A DNA stretch of 64,000 nucleotides from Candidatus Dadabacteria bacterium (GCA_022819805.1 JAJEGO010000059.1:11576-75575); one strand, 5' to 3'. Numbered from the stretch's first letter, positions 1 through 9,929 are shown. The notes: generated from the sequence alone by a model not told the origin. Translations and numbers: made by a program.

Positions 1-2165
1 ATCTCGCAGCGCCGAAGAATCTCCCCAACCTCGGTGCGGCGGTTCTCAAGCACATCCATCTCCTCGCGAAGCGCCTTGCAGGACGCCTCCAGTTCCCCCG
101 CGTGCGCTGAGAGGATCCGCGTCTGTTCCTCAAGCTCCTCTATTTCTCTTTTTCTCTCAAACACGCCCGCAGAGGTTTTCCCCCCTGTTATTGCTCCCTG
201 GGAATCAACATAGTCCCCTTCAAGGGTGGCGAAGCACGCGCCGTTTCCAGTCCGGCTCTTAAGCCTGATGGCTTCCCGCAGATCGGAAGTTACGTAGACT
301 TCCTGAAGCATCGAGTCGACGAGGCTCTTTTCTATAACCTTCACGTCGAGGAGGCCGTTAAGGGAGGTTGCCTCCGGCTTTGCGTGGCCGTTTGCCCCGT
401 TTCCGTTGCCCGAGCCGTTCCTCGCGAACCGCTCCGTGGCCGGTATGAATGTTCCCCTTCCCGCATCAAACTCCCTAAGAAGTTCAACCGCGGCAACCGC
501 CTCCGTGCTTCCCTCGACCACTATCCAGTTGAGCTTTTCCCCGAAGGCCGCTTCGACCGCTCTTTCGTAGTTTCTCGGAACGGAGACGAAATCCGAAACG
601 ACCCCCAGCACGCCTCTTTGCTTGCGCTCAAGCACGAACTTGCGCGTGGCGTCGGGAAGCCACTCGTAATTGCTCTGTATTTTGTTAAGGGCCTCCATCC
701 TCGAGACGCAGTCTTTTTTTCTGCCTTCAAGACCCCTCAGTTCGCCGAGTTTCTTCTCGTGCTCCACCCTGAGGTCGTAAAGACGCGAATCGACCTCCTC
801 TTTTTCCTTGGAGGCAGAGGTGAACTCGCTTTTTATTTCGTCTTCCCGGCGCCGAAGCGAGGCAAGCCGGTTCTCGCACTCAAGTTTCTCAAGCCCCAAG
901 GCGGAAACTTCCCCCTCGAGCGCCTCTTTTTTCTCCGCAAGCTCCTCAAGCTCCTCTGAGAAGGCGCCTATGGTGCTTCCAAGCGAGCTCCTCCTGGTCA
1001 TCACGTCCGAGAGCAGGTTCCCCGTTTCCTCAAGCTCCTTTTTGCCGCGCTCCCATTCGCTTTTGAGTTCCGCGAGGTTCTCCTCCTCGCGCGAAATCTG
1101 CTCGGAAGCCGAAAGACGGGTGTTTTTAAGCTCTCCTGACTGGCGCTCGGCACGGCTGCTCTTCGCATCCATCTCCGAGATTTCCTGCCCGAGGCCTTCT
1201 ATCTCGGCTTCTATGTTCCTTACGTACCCTGAAATCCCGTCAAACTCCCGCTCAATCGAGGCCCTGCGGTATTCGTTTTCCTTTTTCTGCGCCCGAAGCT
1301 CGTAGATTTCCTTCTCAAGGGACCCAAGCTGCTGGCCGGAGAGGGAGTTTTTCTCCCTGGCGCCTTGAAGCAGCCCGCGGCGCTCCTCCACTGCGGCATC
1401 GGCCGAGAGGACCAGCTGCTCTGTGCCCTGCTTTTTCTCAAGAAAAGTCTTTCTCCGCTCCTGCGAGTTCGCGAGCTTGGCCGAGAGGACATTGAACTCA
1501 AGCGAGCGGGCCCGGTCGGTAAGCTCTCCGTACTGCCTGGCGCGCTCTGCCTGCAGCGCCACGGCCTCGATGCGGTCTGACACCTCGCGCTTCATGTCCA
1601 GGACGCGAGAGAGGTTCTCCTTGGTCGATTCTATTCTGCTGCGGGTCTCCTTTCTCCTCAGCTTGTACTTCTCGATCCCCGCGACCTCCTCTATGAACTT
1701 CCTCTTCTCTTCGGGCTTTGACATTATGAAGGACTCGATCTGGCCCTGCTCAACGATTGAATAGGCCCTGGCGCCCACTCCGGTGTCAAGAAGCATCTCG
1801 GTTATGTCCTTGAGACGGCATTTAACCCCGTTTATGCTGTATTCGCTTTCTCCCGAGCGGTAGAGTTTCCTGCGGATTCTTACTTCCTCGAAACCGAAGC
1901 CCTCCACTCCTTCAAGGATCAGGGACACGTCGGCCATTCCCAGGGGCTTTAGCTCCGCGCTTCCGTTTGAGATAACGTCTTCCATGCCCCCCGCGCGCAG
2001 CAGTCTCGGGTTATGTTCACCGATTACCCACTTGATGGCGTCAAGAATATTGGACTTCCCGCAGCCGTTGGGACCGACTATGGCGGTTATGCCCTCGGAG
2101 AGATCTATCTTTGTTTTAAGGTAAAAAGATTTAAAACCTGCTATTTCAAGCGCTTTAATTCTCAT
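1..2165 (-). CDS. smc: Chromosome segregation protein SMC, N-terminal part. The gene runs off the 5' edge of the window.
   Basis: Reverse translation from 2165 gives MRIKALEIAGFKSFYLKTKIDLSEGITAIVGPNGCGKSNILDAIKWVIGEHNPRLLRAGG with the Walker A motif GPNGCGKSN. The antisense frames are low-complexity coiled-coil artefacts, as expected opposite an SMC coiled coil. The ORF has no stop within the window. Confidence 0.85.
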   Translation of the reverse strand, partial: MRIKALEIAGFKSFYLKTKIDLSEGITAIVGPNGCGKSNILDAIKWVIGEHNPRLLRAGGMEDVISNGSAELKPLGMADVSLILEGVEGFGFEEVRIRRKLYRSGESEYSINGVKCRLKDITEMLLDTGVGARAYSIVEQGQIESFIMSKPEEKRKFIEEVAGIEKYKLRRKETRSRIESTKENLSRVLDMKREVSDRIEAVALQAERARQYGELTDRARSLEFNVLSAKLANSQERRKTFLEKKQGTEQLVLSADAAVEERRGLLQGAREKNSLSGQQLGSLEKEIYELRAQKKENEYRRASIEREFDGISGYVRNIEAEIEGLGQEISEMDAKSSRAERQSGELKNTRLSASEQISREEENLAELKSEWERGKKELEETGNLLSDVMTRRSSLGSTIGAFSEELEELAEKKEALEGEVSALGLEKLECENRLASLRRREDEIKSEFTSASKEKEEVDSRLYDLRVEHEKKLGELRGLEGRKKDCVSRMEALNKIQSNYEWLPDATRKFVLERKQRGVLGVVSDFVSVPRNYERAVEAAFGEKLNWIVVEGSTEAVAAVELLREFDAGRGTFIPATERFARNGSGNGNGANGHAKPEATSLNGLLDVKVIEKSLVDSMLQEVYVTSDLREAIRLKSRTGNGACFATLEGDYVDSQGAITGGKTSAGVFERKREIEELEEQTRILSAHAGELEASCKALREEMDVLENRRTEVGEILRRCE

Positions 2166-2377
2166 GGGAGAACTGCGGCCCGGCGCCGTGACGTTCGCGC
2201 GCGCCGTCGCCTGTTTTGCGCAAAATCCCTGTCCTAACCGGGAAAGCTAAAACTCCCGAGTCCATTAATTATAGAAGCCCTGACGGGGCCAGAACCTGAA
2301 GAAAGCCGCCGGGAAACGTATTCGGCGGTACGTGAAAAAAGATTCCTTGATCGTCCATGGTCTTCCGGTCAGTAACA

Positions 2378-2413
2378 ATTATACCACAAATCCGGAAATA
2401 TTTACAAATTTCC
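2378..2413 (-). promoter_or_regulatory. Candidate smc promoter on the minus strand with an overlapping inverted repeat. The -10 TATAAT is the reverse complement of 2378-2383 and the -35 TTGTAA is the reverse complement of 2402-2407. The repeat GGAAAT-N8-ATTTCC spans 2394-2413 and may be an operator.
   Basis: Hexamers read directly from the sequence, with an 18-nt spacer. The inverted-repeat arms are 6 bp and AT-rich and are not followed by a U-run. Confidence 0.3.
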
Positions 2414-2429
2414 GCGCCGGAAATTATCC

Positions 2430-4016
2430 TCACTGGGAAAAGAGGTTCTTGTTGGGTGAGATTTTGGAGCTTTCTCGAAGGTTCTCGAGCAGTCCTTCGA
2501 TCACAAAGGCCTTTCGCTCCGAGACCTCGCGACGCCTGAAGGAATCCTTCTCAAGCCCGAAGGCGCCGCTGTCGACGGGCTTTATCTCCGCAAGCGACAC
2601 TATGTAGAAAGTCTCCCCGGAGCGGTAGACGCGAGACGAGGTGGGGCTCTCGCTTCTGAGCCCGAAGACATCGGAGACAAAATCCCCGGATTCTGCCCCC
2701 AGGGGATTCTCAGACCTTGTGAAAAAGCCTGTCTGCTCCACCACATGGTCAAGCGACTTCGCGGCCGCCGCGAAACTCTTGCCCGAGGCCTTTATTTTTC
2801 CGAGATCACTTCCAGCAACCTCTCTGGCCCGCTCGACGGCTTTTTCCCCTTTAAGGGCCCCGAGGATCTCTCCGCGCGCAGATTCAATCCCCGAGCGTCT
2901 CGAAGACTCAACTCCGGTCACTTCGAAAAACCAGGTGAAATCCCGAAGAATCACGCTTGAGAGCCTTTTTTTCTTAACGGAAAAGGCTTCTCTTCTTATG
3001 GCTCCGGGAACGTCTCCGCCCACGCCCCCGAGCGCGAACTCCGCGGTCTCCCGCACCTCAAGAGAACTTTTTTCGGAAAGAAGGTCCGAGAAAGAGCGTT
3101 TCTTGCGGAGGAACTCCTCAAGAAAACGGTCGTAGAGAAGCTGGGACTTGGCCTCGACGAGCTGCTTTTTTATCTCCGGCTTCACTTCATCAAAAGGTTT
3201 CGGAGTCCCTTCGGAAGCGAATTCCTCCGGGTAGGTTTTGTAGTAGGCCTCGATTTCCTCGTCGGAGACCCCGGCATCCGCGGCAAAATCCCCGGGAGCA
3301 AGCTTCACGTAGCGCGCCTTCCTTTTCTCGGGCTCCCAGAAAAGATTGGTGTTCTCCCTGTAATACCGGGCGATTTCCTCTTCGCTTGCCTCCTGGCCTT
3401 CCGTGTAGTCCTTGGCCGCAAACGAAACATAATAAAGGTCTATTCCCTCTTCGCGCGTCCTGTATATGCTTAAAAGCTCCTCGTCGCTTGCCGTTACCGA
3501 ACTGTCAAGAACCGAAACAAGCTTGACCACCAGCAGGTCCTCCCGGTAGGAATCCTCGAAATCCTTTACTGTGCGGTTAAGTCCCCTTGAAATAAAGTCC
3601 CTGTAGCGCTCAAAGCCGACGAAGGCGCCGTCTATCTGGAAACCGGGATCGTTTCTTATGGCGTCTGAGAGCTCCTGCTCGCTTACCCTGATTCCGAGTT
3701 CGTCCGCCTTCTGGGCAAGCAGCTTCTTGTTGACCAGCGAGTCGAGCACGGAAAAATTCACGTACTCCACAAGCTCGTCTGAAATTTCCTGGTCGCTTTG
3801 GCGCAGGCGATCAAGCATCGAGTCCCTCAGGTTATAGAACTGCGCGACGGAAACCTTGTCCCCGTTCACCTCGACCGCCACCCCGCCGCTTGGTCCCCTC
3901 CCGCCGATACTTATTCCTCCCACGTATCCGAAACCGATAACGAACGTAAGGGCGAGCAGGAGAAGCAACGCTCTGGTAAGCAGGTTCTGCTTGTTTTTTA
4001 TGATATCGAAAGCCAA
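2430..4016 (-). CDS. Periplasmic folding chaperone of the PpiD/SurA-like family. It has an N-terminal transmembrane anchor and a SurA N-terminal-like domain.
   Basis: The 528-aa ORF has a transmembrane segment at its N-terminus (LLTRALLLLLALTFVIGFGYVGG) followed by a long soluble region of PpiD/SurA_N-like composition. No clear parvulin motif was recognised. Confidence 0.5.
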   Translation of the reverse strand: MAFDIIKNKQNLLTRALLLLLALTFVIGFGYVGGISIGGRGPSGGVAVEVNGDKVSVAQFYNLRDSMLDRLRQSDQEISDELVEYVNFSVLDSLVNKKLLAQKADELGIRVSEQELSDAIRNDPGFQIDGAFVGFERYRDFISRGLNRTVKDFEDSYREDLLVVKLVSVLDSSVTASDEELLSIYRTREEGIDLYYVSFAAKDYTEGQEASEEEIARYYRENTNLFWEPEKRKARYVKLAPGDFAADAGVSDEEIEAYYKTYPEEFASEGTPKPFDEVKPEIKKQLVEAKSQLLYDRFLEEFLRKKRSFSDLLSEKSSLEVRETAEFALGGVGGDVPGAIRREAFSVKKKRLSSVILRDFTWFFEVTGVESSRRSGIESARGEILGALKGEKAVERAREVAGSDLGKIKASGKSFAAAAKSLDHVVEQTGFFTRSENPLGAESGDFVSDVFGLRSESPTSSRVYRSGETFYIVSLAEIKPVDSGAFGLEKDSFRRREVSERKAFVIEGLLENLRESSKISPNKNLFSQ

Positions 4017-4168
4017 CGGGGTTTTCCTTGGAAAAACGAATAAACTCTATACGAGCCGGTATCAACTTTCAAGCCGTCCCGGGGGGCCACGCAGCCCCTC
4101 GGCTTGACACTGACAAGGCGCTCAAATAGCTTACAGGTGAAAATGCCCGGGGGTACAACGAAACTCAG

Positions 4169-5122
4169 ATGATAACGGCGCTTGGCGGCGGAAGCGGGGC
4201 CGCGAAATTCCTTAAGGGACTCACGGGGGTAATTCCCCCATCGGACCTCACCGTAATAGTGAACACGGCTGATGACATGGATCTCTACGGAATGAGGGTC
4301 TCCCCGGACATAGACACCATAATCTACCGGCTTTCGGGAAACATAGACGAAAAAAAGGGATGGGGACTTCGCGGCGACACGTTCGAAGTTCTGGGCGCCG
4401 CCGCGAGATTCGGTTTCCCGACGTGGTTCGGTCTCGGCGACAGGGATCTTGCCACTCACCTGTTCAGAAAGGCCGTCACCGACGCGGGTGGAACCCTGAG
4501 CGAATCCACGGCCAGAATAGCGCAGCGCTTCGGCCTCGGGGAAATACGCATACTGCCCATGAGCGACGACAGGATCGAGACATGGATAGAGACTGACGAG
4601 GGCGAGATGCACTTTCAGGAATATTACATAAAGCACGCGATGCGCCCCGGGGTCACCGGGGTTAACATAAAAGGCGTGCGCGAGGCCACTCCCGCCCCGG
4701 GAGTTCTAGACTCGATAGAGGGCGCCGACATGGTGATCATATGCCCGAGCAACCCCATAATCAGCATAGGACCCATACTCGAGGTAGGGGGAGTGATGGA
4801 AAGGCTCGTCGGCGCGCCGGGACTCAAGGTGGCCGTAAGCCCCCTTATGCGCGGAAAGCCGCTTAAGGGTCCCGCCGACAAGCTGATGAGAGGATTGGGG
4901 ATGGAGGCTTCCTCGACACAGGTGGCAAGGCTCTACGCCGATTTTCTTGACGTTCTGGTGATTGACCGCTCGGATGCGGCAGAAGCGGCCAGCATAAAAC
5001 TGCTTGGAGTGAACGTTTTCGTTACGGACACGCTAATTCCAGACGAGCGAAGCTCAAGGCGCCTCTCGCGGGAAATTCTTGATTTTACGGAATCCCTGGG
5101 ACAGCGGCGCGCTTCGCCCTAG
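4169..5122 (+). CDS. cofD: 2-phospho-L-lactate transferase CofD/FbiA, a coenzyme F420 biosynthesis enzyme.
   Basis: The 317-aa product carries the motifs GGGSGAAKF, TVIVNTADD, SPDIDTIIY, GDRDLATHL, PMSDDRIETWIET and CPSNPIISIGPIL. These match my memory of the conserved CofD/FbiA blocks NTGDD, PDLDT, GDRDLATHL and PSNPxxSIGPIL. Confidence 0.8.
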   Translation: MITALGGGSGAAKFLKGLTGVIPPSDLTVIVNTADDMDLYGMRVSPDIDTIIYRLSGNIDEKKGWGLRGDTFEVLGAAARFGFPTWFGLGDRDLATHLFRKAVTDAGGTLSESTARIAQRFGLGEIRILPMSDDRIETWIETDEGEMHFQEYYIKHAMRPGVTGVNIKGVREATPAPGVLDSIEGADMVIICPSNPIISIGPILEVGGVMERLVGAPGLKVAVSPLMRGKPLKGPADKLMRGLGMEASSTQVARLYADFLDVLVIDRSDAAEAASIKLLGVNVFVTDTLIPDERSSRRLSREILDFTESLGQRRASP

Positions 5123-5164
5123 CCGGGGCAATCAGGAGTCCTCTTCTTCCTTTTTCTGCGGCTC

Positions 5165-6067
5165 CTAGGGTACGATGCTGTAGAAAAAGAACTGAGGCAT
5201 GCCCTTTACTTCCTGTGAATCGCAGCTCGTCCGGAGCTTTACGCTATGGTTCATAACCACGGTGCCTATGGCGTAAACCGTGGTTTCCCCCTCAACTCCG
5301 AACTCAACCGCGGTATAATCCTCGTTGTCTTTCTCGTATTCCCACCTTATGTCGTAAATGCCGAGTTTTTCTATCTCCCTTCTCAGAAAATAGTCAGAAA
5401 CCTGCGAAGTCTGGGAAAAACAGGACCTTCCCCTGTAGCAGTCAAGAAAAATCTCGTCGCGCAGATGGGAGGAAACCACATCCTCGAGGTTCTCCGTGTT
5501 TACCCTTCCGTAGTATATGCCCTCTGGAAACATGACGATGTTGGCGGCGAAGCGATGGGCCCCGACATGGGTGGTTCTCCACGCGGAAATCCCCTCTTTT
5601 TTGAGAAGTTTCTTGTAAACCCCCGATCCCGCGGCCGCGCAGCAGCCGTCGCGCGCCCCGTGGGTGCAGACCAGGGCGAGCCTCTCCGGGCAGGAGAACT
5701 TCTCTATTTCCCCGGTCTCAACGAGCTCCGGAAGATCTATGGAGAGAAGATCCTCGTATTTCTCTATTTCGAATTTGTAGAGTTTCGGGGAAAACTCAGA
5801 AGAGTGAGCGTAGTAAAAAGCAAGGTTTCCCTTGCTTGGGCCCGGCCCTCCTATCAACTGAATCCTGGATTCCTCAAAAGACGAGAGAAAACACCCAAGA
5901 TGCTCCTTTACCTCCTCTGGGAGCGCACTTTCCGGAAAAGCGTCCCTTTTCCATACCCCGGAGTACTCAAGCAAAAACCAGTTCTTTACCTCAAGAGCGG
6001 TTCCGTAGAGATGTTCTCCGCTCTGGGAAGACATCTGGGAACACGTAAGCGTTTTTTCATTGGTCAT
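5165..6067 (-). CDS. Sucraseferredoxin-like protein, a thioredoxin-like [2Fe-2S] ferredoxin of the Apd1/Aim32 type.
   Basis: The 300-aa product has CTHGARDGCC and a downstream HVGAHRFAANIV Cys/His ligand pattern typical of PF06999-like proteins. The overlapping plus-strand ORF 5246..6106 has no recognisable features. Confidence 0.55.
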   Translation of the reverse strand: MTNEKTLTCSQMSSQSGEHLYGTALEVKNWFLLEYSGVWKRDAFPESALPEEVKEHLGCFLSSFEESRIQLIGGPGPSKGNLAFYYAHSSEFSPKLYKFEIEKYEDLLSIDLPELVETGEIEKFSCPERLALVCTHGARDGCCAAAGSGVYKKLLKKEGISAWRTTHVGAHRFAANIVMFPEGIYYGRVNTENLEDVVSSHLRDEIFLDCYRGRSCFSQTSQVSDYFLRREIEKLGIYDIRWEYEKDNEDYTAVEFGVEGETTVYAIGTVVMNHSVKLRTSCDSQEVKGMPQFFFYSIVP

Positions 6068-6068
6068 C

Positions 6069-7361
6069 TCATCCTCCAGTGCTCTGCCTGCTGTTTTTTT
6101 CCCTGAGCGCCGTGAGAAATTCCCCCTTCGGCACCAGGTAAAAGAATTTCCCCCAGTTTTTCATGACCCCGGCGTGGCGCGAGGCGTCTTTTCCCTCCCC
6201 CCAGAAAAGGTCGGCGCGCCGGGCGCCTTTTATAGCTCCCCCGCTGTCGTGATTTATCACAAAGCGGGAAACCGGCTTCCATTGCGACGGCTCAACCGAA
6301 GAGGGAGTTTCAAAAACCGGCCTTTCAAACTCCATGAACGCGAGAGACCCCCTGGGGAAAAAGGCCTTGTCAGTCGCTATGGTCCGGCCGTCTATGACTT
6401 CTGTTCCGAAGGCAGTCTGGGGTTTGCCGGGAAGCCTGCGGAAGAATATGTAGCTCGGGTTTTTGTAAAGGACCTTCATTCTCTCGGCGTAGGAAAGGGA
6501 TCTCAGGTGACTTTCTATAGCCCACATGCTCATTTTTTCCCTCGGAATCCACTCGAAAAGAAATTTCCCTATGGCCACGTAGTCATGCCCGTTCTGGGCC
6601 GCGTAGCCTATGACCCGCTCCTCCCCGTCTGGGAACCTTATCTTGCCGGAGCCCTGAATCTGAAGGAAAAACGCGTCCACGGGGTCAACCCACGCGATCT
6701 CAAGCTTCTTTCCCCTGAGCCTTCCCCCCGAATCGATTTCACTTCGCGAATAATAGGGAACCAGCTCAGCCATCCTGCCCCGACTTCCGGGGTCGACTCT
6801 CCCGTACAGGGACTGGAGCTTTCCCAGGGCAATCTTGTCTTCCTCAAGGAACGAAAGCCTCTCGAAGCGCTTGACGAACCTGTCGATCCCGAGGCGCACC
6901 AGGTCGTCGGGAATCCTGTAAAGAGCCTGGGTATGTTCCGGGGTCCTCGTGCGGGAGGCGGAAAGCACGGGAGAGAAGTAGGAAGTTATGAAAACCCTGC
7001 CCCAGGGTTTTCCCGGGAAGCCGTAGAAGTCAAAATTCTCCCTTACGTCTTTTATGAACTCATCCTTTGTCACCCCAGCCTCAAGGCGGCCGAGAAGATA
7101 ATTGAGAGCCAAGGCGTAATCCCCCGCGGAGATGGTCTTCTGTCCGAAAACGAGCTGGGAGTTCTTTTTCTGCGAAAGTTTCTCGACGCTTGCACCGATA
7201 GACTCCTTGAGCCCCTCGGGGAAAAGGTCATCGTCCACTGCGGGGACGAGGGGAACCGGGCGCATGGACTCTGGGCCCGGAACCTCGGGAGGTCTTTCGC
7301 AGGAGAGGTAAAGAAAGAGCAGAAAAGCGGCTGATAGAATACTTGCGGTTCTTAGGTTCAT
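6069..7361 (-). CDS. mltA: Membrane-bound lytic murein transglycosylase A (MltA-like), predicted lipoprotein.
   Basis: An internal start MNLRTASILSAAFLLFLYLSC gives a signal peptide with a lipobox. The MltA-like body includes 3D-domain-like HDSGGAIKG. The upstream ~250 codons of the 680-aa six-frame ORF run antisense through the ROK gene and are judged spurious. Confidence 0.65.
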   Translation of the reverse strand: MNLRTASILSAAFLLFLYLSCERPPEVPGPESMRPVPLVPAVDDDLFPEGLKESIGASVEKLSQKKNSQLVFGQKTISAGDYALALNYLLGRLEAGVTKDEFIKDVRENFDFYGFPGKPWGRVFITSYFSPVLSASRTRTPEHTQALYRIPDDLVRLGIDRFVKRFERLSFLEEDKIALGKLQSLYGRVDPGSRGRMAELVPYYSRSEIDSGGRLRGKKLEIAWVDPVDAFFLQIQGSGKIRFPDGEERVIGYAAQNGHDYVAIGKFLFEWIPREKMSMWAIESHLRSLSYAERMKVLYKNPSYIFFRRLPGKPQTAFGTEVIDGRTIATDKAFFPRGSLAFMEFERPVFETPSSVEPSQWKPVSRFVINHDSGGAIKGARRADLFWGEGKDASRHAGVMKNWGKFFYLVPKGEFLTALREKNSRQSTGG

Positions 7362-7572
7362 CTCAAGCTGTCGGTTTCTCGCAGGAAAACATACGACGCA
7401 AACGACCGTGAATGAGAATAATTTATACCCTGTTACAGGCGTCTTGGGCAAAAATCTAGCGCCTTCCTTCCCCGCCGGAGTCAATATTTTCTGAAAAGAC
7501 AGGGTAAAATAGAGATTTCTGGGCAGTCGGCCAGCAAAAATCCACGGTTTTTCATAATTTAAAAGCGGAAAA

Positions 7573-8517
7573 ATGAAGCGCAAGTTCCTTGGAATAGACA
7601 TAGGGGGAACCAATCTCAGGGGAAAAATCATCTCAGAGAAGGGAGATGTGCTCGGGGAGGGAAAAACCCGTTCAGACGCCCACATGGGCATCTCCAGGCT
7701 GATGGAGAACCTTGCCGGCTTCATAAAAGGGTTCGCCGGGGAGGAAATATCGGCAATCGGCATAGGCATACCGGGGGTCTTTGACCGCCGAAACGGCACT
7801 TTGGTCCAGGCCCCGAACATAGCCAACACGAAGAATTTCCCGTTTGCCGCCGCCCTTTCGGACGGAATCGGAACCGCAACGCCCGTTTTCATTGAAAACG
7901 ACGCTTCCTGCGCGGCTCTCGGGGAATATCTTGCAGGGGCGGGCAGAGGCTCTGACTCAATGGTGATGATAACCTTGGGAACCGGATTCGGGGGCGGAAT
8001 AATCCTGGACGGCAGGCTCTGGTCGGGAGAAGACGGCTTCGCCGGAGAAGTGGGGCATATAACTATTGACCCGTCGGGATCCCTCTGCTCCTGCGGCGCA
8101 AGAGGCTGCATTGAGACCTACGTTTCGCAGGTAGCGATAAAAAGAATCGTCCGCGAGCACACAGAGCTTGGTAAAAAGCTCGCCGGCACCGAAGAATCGG
8201 CCATTCCCGAACGCCTGGCGGAGCTTGCGCGCGAAAAAGACCGGGCGGCCATATCCATATGGAACGACTTCGGGACAAACCTTGGGGTGGGAATATCGAT
8301 TCTCGTAAACATACTGGACGTAAAAACGGTAGTCGTGGGCGGGGGACTCTCGGGCGCATGGGAACTTTTCATCGGAAAAACGCTTGAGGAGACCGAAAGA
8401 AGGTGTCTTGGCGGAGCTGCCAGGGGACTTCGGATAAAAAGAGCGGTTCTCGGAGACGACTCGGGGGTGCTCGGAGCGTGCTACGTGGCTAAAAGCGGGC
8501 TCGGGGAGAGTTCCTAG
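7573..8517 (+). CDS. ROK-family sugar kinase (glucokinase-like).
   Basis: The N-terminal ATP motif LGIDIGGTNLRG is present, and the ROK zinc motif CSCGARGCIETY has its Cys/His pattern intact. The product is 314 aa. Confidence 0.8.
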   Translation: MKRKFLGIDIGGTNLRGKIISEKGDVLGEGKTRSDAHMGISRLMENLAGFIKGFAGEEISAIGIGIPGVFDRRNGTLVQAPNIANTKNFPFAAALSDGIGTATPVFIENDASCAALGEYLAGAGRGSDSMVMITLGTGFGGGIILDGRLWSGEDGFAGEVGHITIDPSGSLCSCGARGCIETYVSQVAIKRIVREHTELGKKLAGTEESAIPERLAELAREKDRAAISIWNDFGTNLGVGISILVNILDVKTVVVGGGLSGAWELFIGKTLEETERRCLGGAARGLRIKRAVLGDDSGVLGACYVAKSGLGESS

Positions 8518-9929
8518 GACTCCCGGGAACTTTCAGCCGCAAGGTCAAGCAGTTTCTGCGAAGAACCGCAGATCCTTATCCTGAACCACGGCCCTTTCCT
8601 CTTATCCGCCCTGAACCTGTTGTCCGTTCTCAATCCCCCCACCCAGATTATTCCGTTGCGGGTCTCAAAAACCGGCACTTTTTTTCTCAGGAACCTCGGT
8701 ATTTTTTCGTCGATGAAAAAATCCTTCAGTTTTTTTGCTCCCCTCATTCCGAGCGGAACGAACCTGTCTCCCTCGGAAAAGCTCCTGAGCGTTATGGGAA
8801 ACCCGACTTTTTCGGGCGGGAAATACCCGACGTCGGCCACGCCCCAGAGAGAGACGTCGTCTGTAAGCTCAACAGTGACCTCAAGGTCCGGGGAGACCCG
8901 GTGGGTTCCGTGGCTTTTTATCTCGGTTGGCGGAAACTCGCGGAAATTCTCCTCGCGCGTGAAAAAGAAAACCCCGTGACCCGCATGAAAAACAACTCCG
9001 CCGGGAAGATCCACCTCCGCCGAGGACTCCCCCGAGCGCACCACCTCGTCAATCGAGAAAAGATGCTTGGCGGAAACCGAGTTTAGATCTCCTTTTACGG
9101 CCAGAATCGACTTTCTCATCACGGAGAACCTGATTGCCGGGGGCTCGGCAAGGAGTTTTTCCGTGTCTCCGAGCACCCCTCCTCCCGCAACGCGGGCGAT
9201 TTTACCGAATCTCCTCTCCCCCTCGGCCGAAATAAAATCCGCCTCCGCGGCGCAGACAGCCGCCACCCGGGAAAGAACCTGCTCGACGGCCGGATTGTAG
9301 CTGCGAAGCAGGGGAACAAGCTCATTTCTTATCCTGTTTCTTAAAAACTCGTCAGAACTGTTGGTCGAATCTTCCCTCCAGGACACGCCTTTTGACCGGA
9401 GGTACTCTCTGGCTTCAGCCTTGGTAACATTTATCAGGGGACGTATTATATTGCCGACCGACGGTCTTATCCCGGCAAGACCCTGAGAGCCGCTCCCCCT
9501 TATGAGCCTCATTATGACGGTCTCCGCCTGGTCGTTAAGCGTATGCGCCGTGGCGATCCTCTGAGCTGAGCGTTTCGCGAGAATCTCGTTGAAAAAACTG
9601 TAGCGAAGCCCCCTGGCGGCGTCTTCAAGGGAAAGTCCGCACTTTTTCCTGAATGCCTCGGTGTCGACCCGCGCGCACTCAAAGGAAAAACCGAGTTGCC
9701 GCGCCGCTTCCTTCACGAACTCGGCGTCCTCGTCCGATTCGGCGCCCCTGAGCCCGTGATTGAGGTGGGAAACCACCACGTCCGTATCCGGATAGAACTC
9801 CCGCAGGTCCCAAAGGGCGAACAGAAGCGCCATGGAGTCCGATCCCCCGGACACTCCAGCCACAACCACGTCCCCGGGACTGAGCATCCCGAAGGAATCA
9901 ACCGTTTTTCTTATCTTGCCCAGAAACAT
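8514..9929 (-). CDS. tilS: tRNA(Ile)-lysidine synthetase TilS.
   Basis: PP-loop motif SGGSDSMAL near the N-terminus. The product is 471 aa with a TilS-type C-terminal domain. The start may instead be the second Met, which would remove the overlap with the upstream gene. Confidence 0.8.
   Translation of the reverse strand: MFLGKIRKTVDSFGMLSPGDVVVAGVSGGSDSMALLFALWDLREFYPDTDVVVSHLNHGLRGAESDEDAEFVKEAARQLGFSFECARVDTEAFRKKCGLSLEDAARGLRYSFFNEILAKRSAQRIATAHTLNDQAETVIMRLIRGSGSQGLAGIRPSVGNIIRPLINVTKAEAREYLRSKGVSWREDSTNSSDEFLRNRIRNELVPLLRSYNPAVEQVLSRVAAVCAAEADFISAEGERRFGKIARVAGGGVLGDTEKLLAEPPAIRFSVMRKSILAVKGDLNSVSAKHLFSIDEVVRSGESSAEVDLPGGVVFHAGHGVFFFTREENFREFPPTEIKSHGTHRVSPDLEVTVELTDDVSLWGVADVGYFPPEKVGFPITLRSFSEGDRFVPLGMRGAKKLKDFFIDEKIPRFLRKKVPVFETRNGIIWVGGLRTDNRFRADKRKGPWFRIRICGSSQKLLDLAAESSRES

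Noticed and set aside
384-1580. Several plus-strand ORFs (384..959, 808..1305, 1365..1580) rich in Ser, Arg and Leu.
   Set aside because: They lie antisense to the smc coiled-coil region. Repetitive coiled-coil codons generate open antisense frames.
5246-6106. 286-aa plus-strand ORF overlapping the sucraseferredoxin-like gene.
   Set aside because: The minus-strand product has the conserved Cys/His ligand pattern. The plus-strand product has none.
6060-7334. 424-aa plus-strand ORF opposite mltA.
   Set aside because: It is antisense to a gene with a clear lipoprotein signal and MltA-like domains. It has no recognisable motifs. Long antisense ORFs are expected in GC-rich coding DNA.
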